From the NCBI RefSeq assembly GCF_009914755.1, contig NC_060934.1: 64,000 nucleotides of DNA; one strand, written 5' to 3'. The notes under the pieces were generated by a model. The model saw only the letters and a program-made list of their open reading frames with translations, was not told the DNA's origin and searched no databases. The stretch comes from the human T2T-CHM13v2.0 reference genome, Homo sapiens. Made by a program: the position numbers and the translations under genes. Of the stretch, positions 57,906-64,000 are shown in pieces (position 1 is the first letter of the stretch; the number at the start of each line of letters is the position of its first letter).

Positions 57906-60348
57906 TGTATTTGTTCATTTGTGTTGCTATAAAGAAATACCTGAGACTGAATAATGCATATGAAAAGAGGTTTGTCTACCTCATGGCTCTGCAAGCTGTA
58001 CAAGCATGGCACCACCATCTTCTCAGCTTCTGATGAAGCCTCAGGAAACTTTTGTTCATGAAGGAAAGTGAAGGGGGAGCAGGTGTGTCACGTGGTGAGA
58101 GAGGAAGCAAGAGAGAGAGAAAAGAGGAAGAAGAAGGAGGAGGAAGAAGAAAAGAAGAAGAAGAAGAGGAGGAAGAAGAAGAGGAGGAGGAGGAAGAGGA
58201 GGAGGAGGGAGGAGGGAGGAGGAGGAGGATCTAGGCTCGACTTATCAGCCAGATCTTATATGAATTCATTACTGCAAGGAGGGCACCATGCCATCTGAGA
58301 GGGATCTGCCCCCATGATGCAAACACCTCCCACTAGGTACCACCTCCAACATTAAGGATCACATTTCCCATGAGATTTGGAGGGAACAAACATCCAAACT
58401 ATATTATTTCACCCGTTCCTCTAATCTCATATCTTTCTTGCATTGCAAAACACAATCATTCCTTTTCAGTAGTCCCCAAATGTCCTATCTTTTTCCAGAA
58501 TCGACTCAAAAACTCAAAGTCCAAAGTTTCATCTGAGACTCAAGGCAAGCTTCTTTCACCTATGAGCCTGTAATATCAGAAACAAGTTATTTACCTCCAA
58601 GATACAATGATAGTACAGGCATTAGGTAAACATTCTCATTCCAAAAGGGAGAAATTAGTCAAAAGCGAGGGCCAACAAGCTCCACACAAATCTGAAACCC
58701 AGAAATAAAAACATTAAACCTTAAATCTCTAAAACAATTTTTGACTCCATGTCTGACATTCAGGGCACACTGGTATGAGGTGTGAGCTCTCACGGCCTTG
58801 GGCAGCTCCACTCCCATAGGTTTGTTGAATGCAGCTCCTGTGGCTGCTCTCACAGGTTGGACTCTGGTGCATGCAGTTTTTCCAGGCTGCATGAGCATGC
58901 TGACTATGGTTCTACCATTCTGGGTCTGGAAGGCAGCAGCCCCGTTCCCACAGATCCACTAGGGAGTGCTCCAGTGGGGACTCTCTATGGGGGCTCCTAA
59001 TCCACATTTCTCCTTGGCACTGCCCTAGTAGAGGCTCACTAAGTATCCGGGCTTTTCAGTACATGCCCTGAAGTTCAAATGGAAGCTGCCAACTTCTTTC
59101 ACTCTTGCATTCTGCATACCTGCAGACTTAACACTACACAGAAGCTCCCAAGGATTATGGCTTTTGCTCTCTCAAGCAGCAGCCTGAGTTGCACCTGGGG
59201 CTATTAGAACCCCAGCTGGAGCCAGAGCAGCCAGGATGCAGGGAATAGTGTCCAGAGGTAGCACTGGGGAGTTGCATTCTGGGCTTGGCCCCAGAAACAA
59301 TTCTTTCCTCTTAGACTTCTCAGCCTATGATACAATAGGCTGTCAGAAGGATTTATGAAATGTCTTTAAGACCTGTTTTCTATCATCTTGAATATTAGCA
59401 CTTGGCTCCCTTTTAGTCATGCTAATCTTTTTAGCAAGTGGTTGCTCTGTAGGCCCCCTGAATTCTTCATCTGAAAATACTCTTTCCTTTTCTACCACAA
59501 GCCAGGTTGTGGATTAATTAATTTTTTATGTTCTGCTTATCTTTTAATTACAAGTTCCAACTTTAAGTTATTTCTTAAATTTCTTCTTCCAGATATCCTA
59601 TGTTATTACTCTTAAGCTCAATCTTCTGCAAATCCTTAGGGCATGAACACAATGTAGCCAAGTACTTTGCTAGAGTATAATAAAGGTGACCTTTGCTCCA
59701 GTTTTCAATGACTTCCTCATTTTCATCTGAGACCTTATTAGTTTGGCCTTTACTGTTCCTATTTCTATTCAGCATTAGGTCACAGCCATTTAACCAGTAT
59801 TTAAGATGTTTCAAACTTTCTTTCATTTTCCTCTCTTCTTCTGAGCCCTCCAAACTCTTCCAACATCTGCCCTTTTCCCAGTTCCAAAGCCACTTTTACA
59901 GTTTCAGGTGTCTTCATAGCAACACCCTACTCCTGGTACTATTTTTTGTATTAGTTAATTTTGTACTGCTATAAAGGAATATCTGAGACTTGGTAGTTTA
60001 CAAAGACAAGAGGCTTATTTGTTTTATTGTTATGCAGTCTGTACAAGTGTGGCACCAGCATCCCTTAAGCTTCTGGTGAGGCCTCAGGAAGTTTTCACTC
60101 ATGAAAGGAGGTGAAAGGGGGACGAGGAATGTCACATGGTTAGAGACAAAGCAAAGAAAAGAGTAGGAGGTGCCAGGCTCTTTTTAACAACCAGATCTTG
60201 TGTGAAATCATTACCAAAAGGAGGGCACCAAGCCATTCAAGAAGGATGCACCCTATGACCCAAACACCTCCAACTAGGTCCCTCCTCAAACATTGGAGAC
60301 CACATTTCAACATGAGATTTGGAGAAAACAAACATCTCAACTACATCA
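57906..60348 (-). mobile_element. Complete MST (MaLR) element: LTR 57906-58406, internal 58407-59946, LTR 59947-60348
   Basis: Two MSTB-like LTRs flank a ~1.5-kb MaLR internal region (ORF remnant MEGSEEERKMKESL...NEEVIENWSKGH.YY.LAK.LA.LC.CP). TSD CAGAC/CTGAC. Confidence 0.9.
58110..58230 (+). repeat. (GAA/GAG)n purine triplet repeat inside the MST LTR
   Basis: Directly visible gaagaagaggaggaag... run. Confidence 0.95.
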
Positions 60349-61422
60349 CTGACCAATGGGTTCTTGCCCACTGCATAGAAAAAGCCAGTTCACTCAGAGA
60401 GCAGGTATTGCAGCAAAGAAAGTGTTTACTAATTGGAAGGAAGCCAAGCAAGGAGGATAGGAGATATTTCTCAAATTCACCTCTCCAAGAATTTGGAGGC
60501 TAGGGTTTTTAAGGATTGTTTGGCAGAGAGGGGACTAAGTAAGGAACATTGCTGATTGGTTGGGTCAGGGATGAAATCACAGTGGTGTCAAAATTGTCTT
60601 CATGTGCTGAGTCAGTACTGGAATGGGGGTCAGAGGACAAGTTGAGTTAGTTTCCAGGTATGGGTCACTGGTCCAAGTAGTGTTAGTTGGTCCACAAGAA
60701 TACAACATTTTAAAAATGTCTCAAACATCAGTCTTCAGTTTCACAATAACAATATTATCTATAAGAGCAAATGGGGAAGTTACAAATCTCATGACCACTG
60801 GCTACATTACTCCTAGGTGGTAAGCAATTTTAGATAGGCAGTTTAGGGAACAATGGCTGGTCACTACTTAACTATGCCTATATCTCAAGAGAATTTAGGT
60901 TTCTACCGTTGTTGTAACCATGTGGCTTTGCATTAGTTTTACAAAGGCAGTTTTAGTCCCTGAACAAGGAGAGGGTTAGTTTGGCGAAGGGACTACTATT
61001 CTTGTTGTAAGGCTAAACTATAAGCTATTTTCCTTCCATAGTTAGCCTGGCCTAAGTTCAAGAATAGGTAATGACAGTTATCTTATGAGGTTAGAAGCAA
61101 GATGGAGTCAGTTATGTTAGATTTCTCTCATTGTTATTATTTTGTATGGGTGATTTCACCAGCATCTGCTTCTGTGAGGACCTCAGAAAGCTTCCAATTA
61201 TGATGGAAGGCAAAGGGTAGCAGGCCTCACATAACAAGAGAGAGAAATCAAGAGCAAGGGAGGAGGGAGTTAGGGAACTTTCAAATAATCAGTTCTCATG
61301 GGTTCTGATAGGGAGCACTCACTCACTTCTGTAAGAATGATGCCAAGCCATTCATGAGGGATCCACTTCTATAATCCAAATACCTCTCACCAGGCTCCAT
61401 GTCCAACATTGGGGATCTCTTT

Positions 61423-61845
61423 TCTTTCCCTTCCCTTCCCTTCCCTTCCCCTCCGTTCCCCTCCCCTCCCCTTCCCTCCCCCCTCCCCTCCCCCACCCTT
61501 CTCCCCCTCCTCTCCCCTCCCCTCCCCTCCCTTCCCTTCCCTTCCTCTCTTTGTTTTGAGACAGAATCTCTCTCTATCACTCCATCGCCCAGGCTGGAGT
61601 GCAGCAGCACGATCTTGGCTCATTGCAACCTCCACCTCCTGGGTTCAAGGGATTCTCCTGCCTCAGCCTTCTGAGTAGCTGGGAAAGTGGCATGTGCCAC
61701 CATGCCCAGCTAATTTTTGTATTTTTAGTAGAAATGAGGTTTCACCATGTTGGCCAGGCTGGTCCTGAACTCCTGACCTCAGGTGATCCACCTGCCTTGG
61801 CATCCCAAAGTGCTGGAATTACAGGTGTGAGCCACCGTGCCCAGC
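61423..61845 (-). mobile_element. AluS-like element whose tail has become (CCCTT)n/(CCCCT)n (61424-61550)
   Basis: Alu dimer at 61555-61845. TSD tggggatctcttt/tggggatcacttt (61410-61422, 61846-61858). Confidence 0.92.
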
Positions 61846-62426
61846 TGGGGATCACTTTCCAACATGAGATCTGGAGGGGATAAACATCCAAACCATGTCA
61901 CAGGTGATGGTGTCAAATTAGGTTATAGTGGCAAATAGGTTAAGGGAGGGAGAGAAAACTTGACTAGCAAAGGTGCTCTCGATAGGTCAGTGAAACCTCG
62001 CTGGTAGCAGCCCGCAGAAAGAATAAATGATACATGTTTCTTTCAGATGTTTAGAGATGTCAGACTCTCAGTTCATCTTTCCTAGAACCAGAGAAGGGAA
62101 GGCCTGGCTGTATCGTGGAGATTCTCTATAGATGCTAATTTCCTCCACAAAAGACAGATTTTCAGGACTACATCTGTTGCTGTTTCTCTGACAACCATCT
62201 CAAAATATGTCAAAGAAATATACTTTGGGATAAAATACTTTTATTTCTTTCTGGTTGCTGAGTAAGTCAGATAAGAAGAAAAAGAAAAGAATAAAATAAA
62301 AGAACTGGTAGAAAAACATAAAAGAACGAAGACAGGCTAAATCCTCCCCAACACACACACACACGTACATACACAAACACACACACACTGAGTAGCATGA
62401 AAAGGCTCTTAAGAGTCAGGTAGCAC

Positions 62427-62599
62427 AGTGGTAATAATCGTCATTTCCATTAGAACCCCCTGGGGGGTGTTCAAAGAATTTAGACACTCAAGCTTTCCCC
62501 ACAGGATTCTCACCAAATGGCTTGGGAGTGGCCATGCAGTAGCATTTTTTACAGACTTCTATGGTGATTGTAATGTGCACCCAGGACGGATAGTCACTG
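62427..62599. mobile_element. MER5A-like hAT MITE
   Basis: cagtggt...cattagaacccc...ggtgattgtaatgtgcacccaggacggatagtcactg, with degenerate CAGTG..CACTG ends. Confidence 0.6.
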
Positions 62600-64000
62600 C
62601 ATCAACCAAATTTTGGAAATCTCAAGAGGTTAAGTAATTTAAAGAGCTTTGTGGTCCTGAGGCACACAGTCAAAACTAAAACCGAGTTTTTTTTTCTCTT
62701 AATTTATGACTCTTTCTCTGTATTCAATGACACTATCTCTGGGCCTGTCTTGAAAGCTTGATATAATTACATGGCCAAAATTAGGATACCATGACATTAC
62801 CATGTCCTCTGAAATTTGAAAGAAAGCCCTGAAGAACAAGTATTTCTGAGTGCATCATTTAATCATTAGGAGCATCCTTCTTAAGTTGGCACACTGCACT
62901 GGTTCAATATACAAAGATAAACCAATAAAAAGTTGTATTCTTAAGAACTGAGGCTATATTACAATAATCACAATATGGTGCCAGCCATGTTTTCCTCTCA
63001 CTCTCCACAATGCCAGGACTCTGTGCATTGTACTAATGGTAACTCAGTGGCCAACTGACAGAGGGAATGATCCCAAGAGAGGACAGCCACTTCCTGTGAT
63101 GGCGCTGGACTGTTGCTGCCATGGCCCTGGGCCTAACTGAAATGAATTGTCAGTTTTCATTGGTATGCACTTGCACACCCCAGAGCTAGTTGGAAAGGCA
63201 GATGATCCAAGTCACAGTCAATCTTAAAATGTTAACTCAGAAACAGAAATGTGCTAAAAGTAAATTTGATCTTGCAAACACACAAATATAAGATACGGCT
63301 GGAACATCCATCATGAGAGGAAAGAGGCAGCTTCCCTCATGACTTCTTTTATCTTTCATCACTAAATATAATTTTGCTCTTTTACCATAGTAACATAGGA
63401 TTTTCTTCCCTCCACAGCCATAGTAATAGGAGTTTATTGTTACATGATTTTTCCCCTTTACAAATGCAGTCAATTTCCACGGTCTATTTATAATAATATG
63501 TATTTATATTCATGACTATTTAGAGTATGAGGAAATATTGTATTTTCATATTAACAAATATATAAGATGCTCACAGGAAATTTTAATGGGAGGTTTGATG
63601 TAAGTTTTGCTCTAGAGGAATAAATATTGAAGCCAGCTAAAGTGTTACTCATTTGTCTTCTTTAAATATTTCACGAGATTTTTTCAACCTCCCTTTGCAA
63701 ATGCTGACTCCACTATTACTCTATGAATGTGTTTCTGAACTCTAAAAGAGTTGCAATGATTAGCCTACTGTGTTTATATACGTTAAAGAAAATGTGCATT
63801 AAGCCCAAGCCTTACAAGTAAATGAAAATATCAGACTGCTAAATTTAGTTCATAGTTGCCAGGGGTCCAAATCATGTGAGATATATCTTAGTAGCATTTA
63901 TCAAGTATGTTTTCTGTGCAAAAGTGATAAGCCACTTTGTAGGTATTATTCTATATAATGTAAGACTTAGAAGTACAGAAACCAGTGTCCTCAATTTGTA

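Larger units (their letters stand above)
57896..61158 (-). mobile_element. LTR8-like ERV1 solo LTR (split: 57896-57905, 60354-61158)
   Basis: tgtta...gaccaatgggttcttgccc...gaagcaagatggagtcagttatgttagatttc...gtgatttca. Perfect TSD CCAG at 57892-57895 and 61159-61162. Confidence 0.8.
57781..61900 (-). mobile_element. MSTB-like solo LTR (split: 57781-57895, 61163-61422, 61859-61900)
   Basis: tgtcttagtatgttttgtgctgct...catccaaaccatgtca. TSD TAGGT/CAGGT. Confidence 0.85.
57559..62252 (-). mobile_element. Outer MER34-like ERV1 solo LTR (split: 57559-57780 and 61906-62252)
   Basis: tgtaggggacaagggaaaac... and ...ccatctcaaaatatgtcaaagaaatatactttgggataaaatac. TSD GGTT at 57555-57558 and 62253-62256. 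Confidence 0.8.

Noticed and set aside
58052-58298. Poly-Glu and poly-Lys/Arg ORFs
   Set aside because: Translations of the GAA/GAG repeat.
61323-61883. Pro-rich and Gly/Arg-rich ORFs
   Set aside because: Translations of the pentanucleotide tract and the Alu.
63075-63125. ETS/YY1/REST/CTCF-like motif cluster
   Set aside because: Only CACTTCCTG is a good match. The others need too many mismatches.

Overview
AT-rich, repeat-dense primate genomic DNA, human-like by its AluY, L1PA and THE1/MST content. I find no supportable cellular protein-coding exon, RNA gene or CRISPR array. All long ORFs in the track are decayed L1 ORF2 or retroviral gag/pro/pol fragments, or low-complexity artefacts. The main feature is an 8.7-kb env-less ERV1 (HUERS-P-like) provirus on the minus strand (21902-30615), with both LTRs, a 4-bp TSD, a tRNA-Pro-like PBS and a PPT. 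Other content includes several L1s (one twin-primed), hAT and Tigger DNA-transposon relics, many solo LTRs, and a four-level nested LTR stack at 57.6-62.3 kb whose TSDs are all still readable. The most unusual signals are: (i) several templated-insertion or fold-back scars, including a perfect 45-bp hairpin fused to an orphan L1 fragment and an inverted copy of RT sequence in the ERV protease active site; (ii) strongly asymmetric CpG retention in the 5' versus 3' LTR. I do not see evidence for a new multi-gene biological system. Repeat subfamily names come from recalled consensus sequences and need RepeatMasker/Dfam confirmation.
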